The notes: a model not told the origin generated them from the sequence alone. Positions 25,083 to 38,000 are shown, numbered from the whole stretch's first letter. The stretch is 62,484 bases of DNA, filler included, from Sphacelaria rigidula (GCA_964200075.2; 11 parts of 11 records of this genome joined end to end with filler, not necessarily neighbours in it), one strand, 5' to 3'. Program-made: numbers and translations.

Positions 25083-27429
25083 CGTAGTGACACGGCGTTC
25101 AGGCTGCCACCCTCTTTTCTCGCACTCCCTCTCAGCTCGGGCCTCGTCCCTTCGCTTCCAGTTCCATATATTTGCTCCGCGGGGCAAGATATAGACGAAT
25201 ACCGTGTTTCAGTTATGGATATCAGCGGCCAAACTAGGTGTTACCGTGGTCTAGTACTCGCGTTCCTCGGAGGCAGGGAGAGTTTACTCTACTATGCTCC
25301 ACCCTGCCCGCGAGCTTTCGAGCTTCCTAGTGCTCCGTGCGGTGTCTCGTGTTTGGGGAATACCCGACAAGTAGATTTAGGCTGATGCTTTGAAGACCCG
25401 CGATCGATAGAAATAAGAGAGTTTTTGCTTTTGTTGGGGTTTATGGTCAGTGAAAATTTGAACAGAAATCGTTTATCAAATACTACTAACTGGAAAAAGA
25501 GAAGAGAGTGAAGTACCATCAGGAGTTACTCCCACCCGCTGAAGAATACTTGATCACGTGAATCTTCTTGCTACGCACAGATATGTTATAATCCTTGAGA
25601 AGCTATTTGCGTGATGACTATATTCATTTTCGATCTACGCTTTTCATGCACACACAGAGAAGCACGCGCGTTGAACACGCTTTGAACACGCTTTGCCCTG
25701 CGCTGGAGGTTCAGCTACTTGGCGTAGAGCTGGAGGTGAAACAGGAAGTAGGAAAGCGCTGAAGAGATATTTCATCTTATTGGAGTAAGTATGGCCCCGT
25801 CTCCATCTCCTGGCGTGTCCCTTCCTGTCGCAGCGGCGGTGGTCGTCGTAATGTTGACCACAACACTGAAGCATGTGAGTGTGGAGCGTGTCGTTGTACC
25901 TCATATGTTTCTGACCACGTTATCACGCAACGTTGCACACATGTGTCATTGAGAGATGATTCGTGAACCCCACGGGTGCCGTACTGCGGGGGGAGGTGGT
26001 GGCAAATGAATATACAGCACGTGGTTGTATTCTATGGGCCTCTGCTTTTTGCACGGATCTCGTTGTAGAACCGCCTCAATCCGTGCTTTATGAGATACGT
26101 TTGCACCCATCGTTCTGCCCGTCATGTATGTGTGTTGTTGTCGCTACCCCGCTACTACTGCTGTCTATATGAGCACTGTTGTATGGTACGCGGATGCAAC
26201 AGCAGCATGCCTCCCCCAACACCTTCCTACCCGTGCGCATGAACTGGCCAAGCCAAGCAACAACAGCGACTCGAGTGCAACCTGCTGCAGCAAACTACCC
26301 GTCCATTTTACTGGATCTAAATGCAGTAATATCTCTGTGAATGCTCTTGGTATCTGTGGCGTGTTCATTCCCACAACAACACGACACATGATATAGCTGA
26401 TGGGGCACTCCATCGGATCATGTCGCACTTGGGCTGTGTTCACTTCTGCACTGTTGTTGTTGGGCATGTCTTCCTTCTTGCATGTGTGTGAGAGATACCT
26501 GTGCGAGTGTAGCACCCGACAGGTGGTGCACGTGAGAGCATCCTCATCCAGGCACGCACACACGCAAACATAGCTCTCTTCTGCCGCTGCCGCTGCTGTT
26601 GCTACTGCTGCTGTCGTCGCTGTTACGCATGTCAGGTTGAAGCTTTCTATCCCGCGCCCTCAGCAATGGCGAGAGGTTTATCCGCTCGGAGCGCTGGTCG
26701 CGTAACAACCCAGGTAGGTGGCAGAACATGCCTGCAGTACGGTGCTGTAAGCGGAGCGAGATTATGGCAGAGGCACGTCCGATTGTATCATGCAGTAAAC
26801 GCATGGCGGACAGTCCGCACAAGAGAGTTGGAGCAAATGTGCCAAAGGCTGTCCCAACACATGAACCCAAAGGCAACAGTCATCTTGTACCCATAGCCCT
26901 AAATGCAACAGTGGAAGCTCCGAGTTTGGCTGTCGGTCGAGTGTCACCAAACCCGTTCTCGGCGAGATCGCCGTGTCCATGCATCGGCAAGGTGGTTTTG
27001 ATGTTCCGGCTACTGTTTGCAGAGTACCGCGCTATAGCGCACGGTACGGTACGTGTGGCAGTGACTGCATTCCGTTGTACCGACCATGACTTTTACGCCC
27101 TGTCCATACAGGGAGTATGCCCCAGTGAAGGCAGGGGCGATTAATAAAATTTCAAAACAAAAAATTCAGACACTTTTTCTTCCTCGGAAAGGGGCAAAAA
27201 ACACCCATTTTTGGGCCGACTACCTTTTTTACAGCCGTTCGGCGGCATGGTTCAAGCACGAGCTGCAAATTTTCAACACATTTTCTTAACACAAAAAACA
27301 CGGTAGAGTTCATGAAAAAAAAACCGATCGGACATCGTTGAGGGCCCGTACGAATTCAGGCACCTTTACTTATGGGACAGAGGAAGTATTTGTACAAATC
27401 GAAATTGGTTGCCATCAAAGATGGTCTTG

Positions 27430-27778
27430 GGCCGTTTCTTCCAGTTCGTTTTGTTCGGCTCATATTTTCCACTTCTAGGACATTTGACAAGGTTTTTGAC
27501 TCCCAGACAGGGAAAATCGCCACCACACGTCTTGGACACTTGGCAGCTGAAAATACCTACAGACTGTGCAATATATATATATATATATATTACTCGTATT
27601 TTTGTCCAGAGGTCGCTTCGAAATCTCTGACCTAAGCGAATCAGAAAAATGGGCTAGGCTTTTCCCGGTGGGGTGATACAAAGTGTCCAAGACGTGTGGT
27701 GGCGATTTTCTCTGTTTGGGGATCGAAAACCTTGTCAAATGTCCTAGAAGTGGAAAATACGAACCGGAAGAAACGGCC
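27430..27778. mobile_element. Foldback/MITE-like element with ~100-bp inverted arms
   Basis: Left arm 27430-27541 (...TATTTTCCACTTCTAGGACATTTGACAAGG...CACCACACGTCTTGGACACTT) mirrors right arm 27681-27778. The ~140-bp loop contains (TA)n. Confidence 0.8.
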
Positions 27779-28450
27779 TTACACCGCGAACGGGTTCGTG
27801 TGCCGATTACCGGGAGGCTAGGCTAGACCACCGCGTGGCGGTCATACGGTGTAGACGCCTCGAGCGTTCGGAAAGCTTCGCTTACGGCAATATGTGAATT
27901 GAACCGGCTGAAAGCCCCCGTCAACTTGGCGCAGTACACGCACTGCCTTACTCTTGTGAGCTTCGGCCCTAGACTTTGTGTTGCAAGAGTTTTCGAGCCG
28001 ACTGTGTGCAGGGGACACCACACTCTGGACGACCACGGCACTACGATTAGATTCACGTTCAGTTGTTTGAGAACTAAGTCATGGCCCTTTGCTTCGCTCC
28101 TTTGCAAAAAGAAAGACGGAGAATCGCCACCGAGGGCGTGCAGTCTGTTGACGGAGCATGCAATGCGGGTGGTGCATACGCTAGATACGCGAAAATAATA
28201 TTATGGCAAAACAGCGCATTTTACTCGTTGTTCAATTGCCCCGGAGAAACACAGTCCCATGTACACGATTTATTTTCCTCGAGGGGGGGGAGGAGGAGGG
28301 TGTACCCATGATCATGCATGCCATAGTCATCAGACCGTTGACCTCGCATCNNNNNNNNNNNNNNNNNNNNNNNNNNNNNNNNNNNNNNNNNNNNTTAATT
28401 AATTAANNNNNNNNNNNNNNNNNNNNNNNNNNNNNNNNNNNNNNNNNNNN

Positions 28451-28590
28451 CATGGGTGTCTCACCATTTACACACCACGTAGTACGATCATCCCCATTGT
28501 GCGGAGTTGAGGTTCTCTCACGCCGGTTGCCTAGCTTACGCAGTGAGTGGCGTCTTATATAGGTTCATTGCCAACCGACGCCAACCCCAT
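28451..28590 (-). mobile_element. 5' part of S-C element (internally deleted)
   Basis: Reverse complement reads GGGGTTGGCGTCGGTTGGCAATG...CGCCACTCACTGCGTAAGCTAGGCAACC...GGTGAGACACCCATG. Confidence 0.75.
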
Positions 28591-28857
28591 CGCGGGGTCG
28601 GCCCTACAAAGCCGGGGCGGAGCACGCCGGGTTCTTGCCGAACCAGGCTGATTGGGGGAAACTTACAGTTTGTACCCACTCGCGGTCAGATGACTACAGT
28701 ATACAGTACTCTGTTGTGTAAAAGTTGCCTCTTATTCTTCACTTCAACGAAAGCCAATGCCACTCTCAGTTTGTTGAATAATCATAATATTGGGCGAGAC
28801 ATCATGAGGTGTTATCTACTGATGACCACCCATAGATAAGCATGACGCAGGACATAC

Positions 28858-28987
28858 CAGTCAGTGTGTGGACTTGATCCTATCTTCTCCTGACGAATCG
28901 TGGCGTCTCCAATCGACCGGCCCGTGTCACGGTCCGAGTGTTGACCTTGCTCGCTATCCGCCTCGAGGCCGCCGCTTGCGTCTCGCT
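28858..28987 (-). CDS. 2OG-Fe(II) dioxygenase (DIOX/IPNS-like), exon carrying the HxD motif
   Basis: AAG acceptor in phase 1, consistent with the previous exon. Reads (E)RDASGG...QEKIGSSPHTD(W), then GTATGT donor. Confidence 0.8.
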
Positions 28988-29729
28988 CTTTGCAACAGGA
29001 CGCGTGTGGACAAGAAACGGGAGACGACGGGGTGGTCTGAGGGTAAGCCGTCTCTTGATGCCTCTGCTACTGCCGCAATAGATAGCTCATCGTAGGGTAC
29101 ATCTCCCGAGTTCCGATATCCATCGAAGGCACAAGGATAACGCCGCCCCAAAAAATACGTGGCTGCATGGTGGCCGTGCATTTGCGTTTATACGTTGATT
29201 CCTTGGCCCAGCTTGGTCTTCCGGGAAGCGCAACAACTGCCCCTGACACCGGCCTGTTGCCTGTGACGACAGCAACATGCAATCTGCGTTTCCAACAAGT
29301 GCTGGTGTTTGGCACAGCGAGTACACACACTGTATAGCAGTATCAGATTCCGGAGGAGATCATGGGTAAAAAATAGCACAAAACGCAATCATAAAAAGTG
29401 GGTGGCACGGTGGCCTCTGTCCAGAGATTGGTGCCTGCCCCAAGCAGCTTGTTCACAATGAATCAAAAAGTGACCCTGGAGGGGACCAACAACTCCCACC
29501 TACAACGCCGAGAACCACATATGAAGCCAATCTTCCGCGGGCGATACAAATGCCCCGCGGGATATTCTCAGTCTTGTTCCGGATAACGTTCCTTTCGACG
29601 GAGATTTCCAAATAAACATATCTTACAATACCCCGAAGGATATCTACGGATGCAGAATTGACCAATATACGAACAGCTCGGCGTCACATGACCAACGGAA
29701 TGGTGACATCAGTAACGGTAAAATGATAA

Positions 29730-30183
29730 TTTTCGAGTATTTCATCACGAGAACGAGTACGTGCCTAGCAAGGTTTCGCGGTGGATTGGGGTATGACCCT
29801 GCCTCGTATTTTGTTCGTTCTGAGTCGGCAGGGAGCACTGAACTACCGACACCAATCATCACATTTCCAGTCCCCGGTATATGATAAGTATTCCATCACG
29901 AAAATGAGTACGTGTCTAGCAAGGTTTGGCGATGAATTGGGGTATGACCCTGCCTCGTATTTTGTTTGTTGTGAGCAGGTAGGGAGCACTGAACGACCGA
30001 CACCAATCGTCACATTTCCAGCCCCCGGTATGTGGCAAGTATTCCATCACGAAAATGAGTACGTGTCTAGCAAAGTTTGGCGATGGATTGGGGTATGACC
30101 CTGTCTTGTATTTTGTTCGTTCCGAGTCGGCAGGGAGCACTGAACGACCGACACCAATCGTCACATTCTGTCCCCGGTATGTC
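29730..30183. repeat. 151-bp tandem repeat x3 in dioxygenase intron
   Basis: GTATGACCCT at 29791, 29942 and 30093. Confidence 0.9.
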
Positions 30184-30196
30184 ACACGATGCTTAC

Positions 30197-30348
30197 CAGC
30201 GTTATTCTCGTAAGGGAAGTAGTGGAATAAGCGCATGAGGCTGATCGTGTCGCCCCCCTCGCACAGCTTGCTTAAATTGTCGTCGTGTGGGAGTCCCAGG
30301 GCTATGGAGAGACCTCTCGCGATTGCTTCGTGCACGGACACCATGAGT
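30197..30348 (-). CDS. 2OG-Fe(II) dioxygenase, internal exon
   Basis: CAG acceptor, (R)LMVSVHEAIARGLSIALGLP...TISLMRLFHYFPYENNA, GTAAGC donor. The ALGL and RLxHY motifs are typical of the family; phases match both neighbouring exons. Confidence 0.85.
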
Positions 30349-31890
30349 CTGTTTTCGCACGAATATACAGTATGTGTGTGTGCGCGCGCGATTTGTTGCT
30401 TCAAACATTGAAAAGCACGAGCAGGCATGAGAGCACAGTACCCAGTATTATAGACCTCACGCGCAAGATTTCAATTTTGCGTACACTAACCACTACAATC
30501 ACTGATGTTGCGTGTCCAGTCTATGGGTACTGGACGGTACTGCTATCGTACTTCCAAAGAACGGCGGAGAGGGATGCACGTATACGGCGGGAAAGTGGAC
30601 CGAACAAAAAGTTAGCCTCCTAGTCTTGGGCGCGTGTTCAGCGTCAACTCGGAAATGCTGAGGAAAAGCAATACAATACCACAACAACAAAACCAAAACC
30701 AACGCAAGAGTTGTTGCAGTATTGAGGGGCAGTTGCTACACAGTCGTAACGGTTCTCGGAAACAGATCAGCTGTCTGCTGCTCTCATTATTTGACGGATT
30801 TCATCGGAACACGTTGTCTAAACGAACGGGGAAACGCATGTATGCTAAGAAGATGATGCGTGCAACAGACACGATCTGTACAGAAGTGCCGGGATGCTGC
30901 ACGGGAGAGTGCGCGTGGTGCAAGGGTTGTGGCCTTGGGGCTAGCTACTTATCGAAGACCATCCTTCGAGGGAGAGTGGCTGTTGCCAAAGACCATCCTT
31001 CAACAAAACTATAACGGTTTCATTCAACCAAAGCACACGTACTTGACAAATCCGAGGCATATGATGTAATCAAACTCAAGAGTTTCATTCCTGCCGACAT
31101 CTCAAGGTATACAAATGTCAACCACGGTAAAACTATTGCAACGAGAGAGCGGGCGGGAATATGTCACATTTTATGTAATTCAAGAGCACAAGAACAGTGT
31201 GCTAACAAGCCTTTACCCACGGGATAGTGTACTATTATTAAATATCATCGGGCGTTGGCGTCCTCAACATCTAGCAATTGCACGTCGGTGCCGTGGAAGA
31301 CTTGCAAACTCATCATTGTTTTTCTTCACGTGCTAGTTCTGGGCCGTGAAGCCTGGGCTAATGTGTGATTTATAGCAACAGCAGCAGCAGCAACAGCAAC
31401 CTCCGGGGTAGATAAACGCGTGGTGAATTCTTGCACTTGTCGTCGCGTGTCCTACAACACAAGCCAGAGTGATTAAACGCACGAAAGTGACGATAGGCTA
31501 CCCCGTCTATTCCCTTGGCAACGGGATGCTTTCTGACTGGCCTGTTCGATTGTCCTCGGAACGCTCCGTGTATTATTTGTCCGCAAAATTGTCCATGGTT
31601 GCCATCAAGTGTATCCATGGGATGATGACATGCTTCTGGGGGCGGGTGTAAATCGTCCGAGTCTCAGTATGGTACACGTCCATATGTCGTTCGTGAGCAT
31701 GGCATCCAATTCAAGTGCTTGTCAGAAGCTGCGGCACGCAGTCGGAACACGTATCGCGACGGGTGAATCGCAACACTCGTAGAAAAAGGTGGTAAATAGT
31801 AATAATAGTGGTGGTAGAAATAGTAGTGGTACAAGTAGCAGTAGTAACAGTATCGTATTGCCTGAGTAATCACAAACAGAACATAATCAC

Positions 31891-31961
31891 CTGAACAAGT
31901 CAATCATGCTTTCTCGCCAGTCTTCACCCAGATCGCGTTCGTCAGGCCAAATGTTCGGCCC
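31891..31961 (-). CDS. 2OG-Fe(II) dioxygenase, exon with GPNxWP (end of DIOX_N)
   Basis: CTGCAG acceptor, GPNIWPDERDLGEDWRESMIDLF(R), GTGATT donor. Phase 2 joins correctly to 30348. Confidence 0.82.
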
Positions 31962-32519
31962 CTGCAGTGCAGCAATGACACAGCGTCCGTATTATTTGTA
32001 TTTGTATTACATATTATCATCATTGTGATCACGATCATGATTGTGATTACTACTACAGTATTACCATCATCATCACCATCATCGTTATTGTTGTCGTTAT
32101 TAATCAGTACTATCATTGCCATCATTAAATCTTCACATTAGCCCCATCTGTCGAACACGCTGTCGCAGACTAAGGCTTACCCTTCCGGTACCGTCACAAT
32201 CAACCCCTTCATATATCCAAGTGTACCGAGGTCAAGTTTCAATAGAGATAAGATCAGCCAACGTCCCCGCGCCGAGGATAAACACATAGTCCAATCCCTA
32301 GGATTCTGTTCAGTAGAAACCTCAAACCAGAATTGTGACCGCCGTTTATAGACCGTGGCGAGCAAGTGATACTCAATCAAACACCACGTGTGCGGAAAAA
32401 GATGGGGGGGGGGGGGGGGGGGGGTGGTTTTTTTGTTTATTATTAGTTGGTTTGGTCTAGACACCAACAATTCTTGTNNNNNNNNNNGAGAGTGTGCAAG
32501 TGACGAGGCGTGCGGGGCT

Positions 32520-33760
32520 GGGGGGGGGGGGGGGGGGGGGGGTGGGGGGGTGGTGTACTCATTTGTTGCTTGCTATAGTCGTTTGACCATTGACCACACA
32601 TTCGTCTCGAGACGGAGGACCGTTCCTACTCCTAATCGAGACACCTCCAACATCTCGGTGCTCGATACGTTTCTCCATAAATGGCTCAAAATCTGTTACA
32701 TATCTTATCCCCGTCCTGTTTCGCCATCTGTGGCCACCATCTACCTCCCAGTGTAGCCATCGTCTTCTCGCTACCATCTAATGCATCAAACGATTTCATG
32801 CCACCTTCGTTCACTTCCCATATTTCCCCCTCTAGCACATCCTGTTCCTCGTTGTATAGTTCACACTCTGCCACTGTATGAGTTCTACTCTCTATTTATT
32901 TGCCGCAGGGGCAATTCTGTGCATCTTCTCCCTTCTTCACACAACTACTGGTATATCTCTTTCTTCTTCCCGGCAGGTCCAGGTCTCCCACCCGAAATCC
33001 CTATTTTACTTTTCCGCGGAGTCCATTAGGCCATGCAAATATGTTTTCATCCCTATCTCCTCTCTCAACCCCCCGTATATCTTCCGGCGTTCCTCCTCCC
33101 TTGCTTTCCGTCCTGGCGTTTATTTTCCCCTTATTTCTATCATGTCTTTTACTTTTGTCTTGTACCCGCCACACTCACCTATGATCAATATTTCGTCTTT
33201 GTGTCCTCTTATTTATTTCAATAATTTCTCGACTATGCCATCCCACCTTGTTCCAGCCTGCCCACTTCGTAAGTTCTCTTCCATACAGTCCCATCAGCTA
33301 TGGCTGGCAATCTCTTCCTTGGCGTGCTCCTTATGCTGTATTGGCATTTCGATTTTCCCATGTCTCTATTCGTTTTGAGTAGGTACTATCCTACCTCTGC
33401 TCTCAATACTGTACTACTCGTCGTTTTCGAGCATCCGGGTATTTTCTTAGCTGCTACCATCTGTACTGTTTCCAGCTTTTTTACCAACTTCACGTTCCCC
33501 TCCCATACCTGTCCTGCACCTTCCAGCTTCAGTACAAGCACATTCATCAGGGTACATCTCTTAATCCTAGTATCTAGGTGTGAGTCTCTTAGGATCACAT
33601 AATCTTGCCCATCTGTGCGTTACCCTTTTCTATTAATTTATGTGTGCATCCCAAGAACATATTTTTGAGATCCCTCGTACGCCGAGGTATGAATACTGGT
33701 CTACGATCCGCAGTTCCTCTTCTCCTCACTGCTGTTTGACCTCTACTGGCATGCCGAAGT
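32520..33760 (-). mobile_element. 5'-truncated, decayed LINE (family L-C): RT C-terminal region to 3' end
   Basis: Minus-strand frames give YSYLG, ILRDSHLDTRIK, WEGN..LVKKLETVQ..AAKKI.GCS, ECELYNEE and WWPQ, and end ...GGVSIRSRNG....CVVNGQTTIASNK-TGA, followed by GTAC and a C-rich tail. Confidence 0.85.
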
Positions 33761-33829
33761 CATATGACCATTCACCGATCACCGTTGACGGAGCACGTCG
33801 GGTGTACGACGGACCAGGCTCGTTGTGAA

Positions 33830-34039
33830 GGGGGGCAGGGGGCGTTCCCATTTGTTGCTTGCCTTAGTCGTTTGATCATTGACCACGCATTCCTCTTGAG
33901 ACGTAGCATCGTTCCTACTCCATATAGAGTCACCTTCAACATTCCATTACGTTTCTTCCATACGTTACACAAAAACCTGTTACATATCTCATCCCCGTCC
34001 TGTTTCGCCGTCTCTGGCCACCATCTATCCCCTAGTATA
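33830..34039 (-). mobile_element. Second L-C LINE 3' fragment, next to an S-C fragment (33745-33825)
   Basis: Same 3' sequence (...RNAWSMIKRLRQATN frame) with C-rich tail; truncated by the contig end. Confidence 0.8.
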
Positions 34040-34139
34040 NNNNNNNNNNNNNNNNNNNNNNNNNNNNNNNNNNNNNNNNNNNNTTAATTAATTAANNNNN
34101 NNNNNNNNNNNNNNNNNNNNNNNNNNNNNNNNNNNNNNN

Positions 34140-34302
34140 AACTCACGTCACACAAACTCAGTCGACTACTTTGTTTACTCCCGTTCTCACGCTTTCCACG
34201 GTGGAAATCATACATCACGAAGAAAGTACGCAACGAATCGGGAATCGAGCCCCCATTCTCTCCACCCTAATGGCGACAGTCGGACCATTACACCACCGGG
34301 CC
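34140..34302 (-). mobile_element. tRNA-derived SINE (5' head)
   Basis: Minus strand GGCCCGGTGGTGTAATGG...GGGGCTCGATTCCCG, with A-box 34295-34285 and B-box 34251-34240. Related copy at 41945-42085. Confidence 0.7.
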
Positions 34303-34651
34303 GCGGCGGCAAAGCAATGCCTACCCAATAGTCGCGTACATGGTTTTATCATATTTGCCGCCCATTTCTAGTTTACCTTCCCGTCTTGTCGTTTTGTTTC
34401 GTTCTTTCCTTTTTTTTGGTTTTTTCTTCCTCAGTCTACTCTGTCTTTTTCTGTTCTACGTTCTTCCTGTTCTCTTCACTTTTCCTCAGCGAAATATTTC
34501 CATATTGTTCTATCTCGGGCACGTACGTCTATCATATGGATAATGACCACGGCTGGATCATGACTCCTGGGGGATCATTTAACGTGCATCGATCGATCAA
34601 TCAATCAATCAATCAAATCAATGATCGCCGTGGAGGACTCACAAGGGTGAA

Positions 34652-35006
34652 TGTGCAGATGATGTATCGGGCATAGATCTCATACGTAGATTCTCGGGCA
34701 TGTAGTCAACCAGCGTGATAGGAGCCAGTACGGTTCAGTACAATGTACCAACAGGCACGTTCCGAGAACCAGTACCGTAGCCAATGTTCAGTCGAGCCAG
34801 AACGGCTCCGCGGCTCTATATTGTAAGCTCTATAGTTGTGACTTAACTGAGATTCAGAGAGAGAAGGTCCAGATAGAGCTGTACACAAACGGGCGACATC
34901 CGAATGAATAATGAAAAGCACGGCGATACAGCGCACCACTCGGGTCCGTCGTCTGCTCAACCCATCAAGATCTCTCGTGGCAATTGTCTTGCTCTGCTAT
35001 AAAACA
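34652..35006 (+). repeat. 5' LTR (3' boundary tentative at ...AAAACA)
   Basis: First 194 nt align ungapped to 39192-39385 with 12 differences by manual count. Confidence 0.8.
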
Positions 35007-38000
35007 TTACTCTGGGAGGAACCGCGCCACGGCCACATGAAACACGTCACAAGTGCACAGCTTCGTGAGCCTCGAGGGGTATGGAAACAGACCCACGCAA
35101 GTTGCCAGTCTGGACGGGCGCTCACGGGTACTCGCGAGAAACATGGGACGCATGGAGACTCTCCGTCGCTGGATACACAAGGGGGAAGGGACGATACCCC
35201 TTGCAGCGACGGGATTACGCCACACCGGCCGTTCCGACGGCGATCACAACACTGGACCAGCATAGGGCGTACGAAACGCACCAACGCAACACACAGTCCT
35301 CGTGGTTCCTCCTGGCGCAGGCTACGGAAGGGTCAGCCGCAGCCATTGTCGCACGACGCGAGCACGGCGGCAATTCCGATGGCAGGGAAGCCTGGCTGGA
35401 GATGGAACGGATCTACGGAGGACGTGCACAGGATGAGCGGCCTGTGCAACTACTTGCATTGTAACGAAAAGTGCGGGATCTCCATTGCAATTCTGTAGAA
35501 GAGTCAGCAGATTCTATGGTGAAGCTGGACACCATCCAGGGGGAATTCAAAGCGCTTGGAAAGGCCAAAGCCGAGGGGACTAAGAGGGCAGCCCTACTCG
35601 GAATCAAAGAGGCGCTCCCACAAGTATTCATCCAGCTAACAACCCAACCAGGCATGACGCACGATGAGCGAAAACGGGTAGTCGTAGCATCATCAGCATA
35701 CCTAACGTCCGACATGGAACGCTGCGATAAGCCAGTGGCGTTCCAATCGAGAACCGACGGCAACAAAACCGACTCGGGGTTCGACAGCAATCAATGCGCC
35801 TACCGCTTAAAGCGAAATCATAGTTGGCGGAAGTGTCGCTCCTACCTTAACGGCAAACCTCCGGCTGAACGACCACCGGGGATGAGTCCCGCACGAACGT
35901 TTCCACCTCCTCTACAAAATAGCAGAAGTAATGAGATGAGGGGCAGACCGAAGGAATTTATGACGATGAACGTGGTGGTAGTCGAAGATGAGCAAGTGGT
36001 ATCCATGTGTACGTCTACCAACAGTCACACAGAGGTGTAAATCATGTGCGACTCGGGAGCGAATGTCTACATGACTCCCTGGAAACAGGATCTCAGGAGC
36101 ACGCGTACGGTGAATCGAAGGTGTACATTTTTGGGCACAAGGGATAGCTGCAGACACTGGCAATGGGAGAGATCCCATTACACGTGAGTCTTCGGGGAAA
36201 GAAGGCTCCGGCAAAGGTCACACTGAAGGACGTACTTTTGGTCTCTGGACTATCTTGCGTGACGGAGGAGAATTCGTGGATTCCGGCAGGAAGGCGAGCT
36301 ATCTTCGGTTCAGAAAGGATGGACCGAAGAGTCCCCTTAGCCGAGAATAGAGGGTTCCTGACCCTGTCAGCATCGCTGCAGGGGAAGGGCCAACATGCGG
36401 CGTCGGCGCACGCTTCGTTCACAAATAAGAAGCAGCGCCTCACATTAAAACAGTGGCACGACATGCTAGGAGGCATTGATCCGGCTACCATAAAACGCCT
36501 CGAGAAGCGTGGGCCGATCGATGTATCTGACACCTCGGTAGCGTCCGAGATGCGCTGCAACGTTTGCAAGGAATGCAAGTCCGAAGCGCTCAGCTACGGC
36601 GGCGGCGGCAGGAGTCCCAAAGCACCAGGTGAAGTTGTGCACAGTGACCTTGAAGGCCCTTTCCACGCCGATGTCACGGGAATGACATACTCTCAGGTTT
36701 TCGTGGACGAGGCCAGTCGAGACAAGCACGTTGTTGGACTGAAGACACGAGATACTGCCGCTGACGCCACGGGAGCCTTGGTCGACGAAATGGCCCGTGA
36801 GGGAGTGACTATCAAATGCATCGGCGGAGACGGCGCTGGGGAACTTGGACGATCAGTCAAGTTTAAATGTATGCTGAACAATCGCGGCATCAACTGGCGC
36901 TGCTCGCCGCCAAGGACACCGCAGAGTAATGGAATTGTTGAACGTGCAATTCAACAACTGATGAGGATAGCTCGTTGTCAACTGATGAAAGTGGGACCCG
37001 GAGGGGACCACTGGTTCTTTGCTGCGGCAGACGCGGCATTCAAGACCGCAGGGATGCCCCATTTTAAACTACGATCGGCTTCGTACTTGGGGATCCGAGT
37101 GTTTCGTGCACCAGCACAAGCAGCAGCGCGGCGCCGCTGCAAAGTTCCACCCATATGCAAAGCCGGGCATCTTGATGGGGCACGATCGGCCCTGTCTCTT
37201 CTGTGATGTACGGTTGATACAGGAATCAAAGATCGCCAAGTCTTCAAACATCACGATTGAATCAGAGATCCTAGACATCGTGGGGGAGCTGAAGGCTGTG
37301 AAACTCAGTGATGACGAGGATGAACTGTCGGAAGAAAATAAAGCAGCGCCAATCGAAGGCGATGATGGCGCGGGTGGACAGCCACCACAGGACCCGACAT
37401 CATCGAAGCGCTCTTCTCCGCGCAGTGGACTGCGCAGATCCAGTCGACTGACGTAACGGCATAAGGGTGGTAATACACAGCAATGCTTTAGAAGTTCTGG
37501 CGACAGCACTTCCGACGACGGAAATTTCTTCGCCGCCGTTTTATAAAATCAAGTCGAGGACGTACTCTGCATGCTTGGGGGTAGTAGGCGAAATTGTCAC
37601 AGGGCCAGAAGAACCCTCGATCACGACAGAAGCCCTGGCAGGGCCCGACGCTGACAGATGAAAAATGGCCATGAAAGATCAAGTGAGAGGCCTCTGGGGT
37701 CAAGAGGGCGTTCACCGACGAACCTGTACCGCGCGATAAGATTTCAGTCAAGACGCGATTCATATACAAGATCAAGCGCACGGCCGACGGAGCAGTAGAG
37801 AGATATAAGGCCCGACTCGTGGCCCGCAGATTCACACAGCTCAAGGGAATCCACTTCTCCGAAACGCTCAGCCCGGTCGCAGGCTTTGATGCCATGTGCA
37901 TGGTTCTAGCGACAGCCGCTCTACGCAAATGGAGGATTGAAGTGCTGGATTTCACGTAGGCATACCTGAATGTGCCGCTCCTGGAAGACGTCTGGCTACA

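Noticed and set aside
25770..26740. C-terminal exons of the dioxygenase (VVVNI..., GLLRDQ...)
   Set aside because: Different contig, and no distal His / RxS motif.
34240..34302. Functional tRNA gene
   Set aside because: A and B boxes are present, but I cannot form an acceptor stem or cloverleaf, and it continues into a repeat body shared with 41945-42085.
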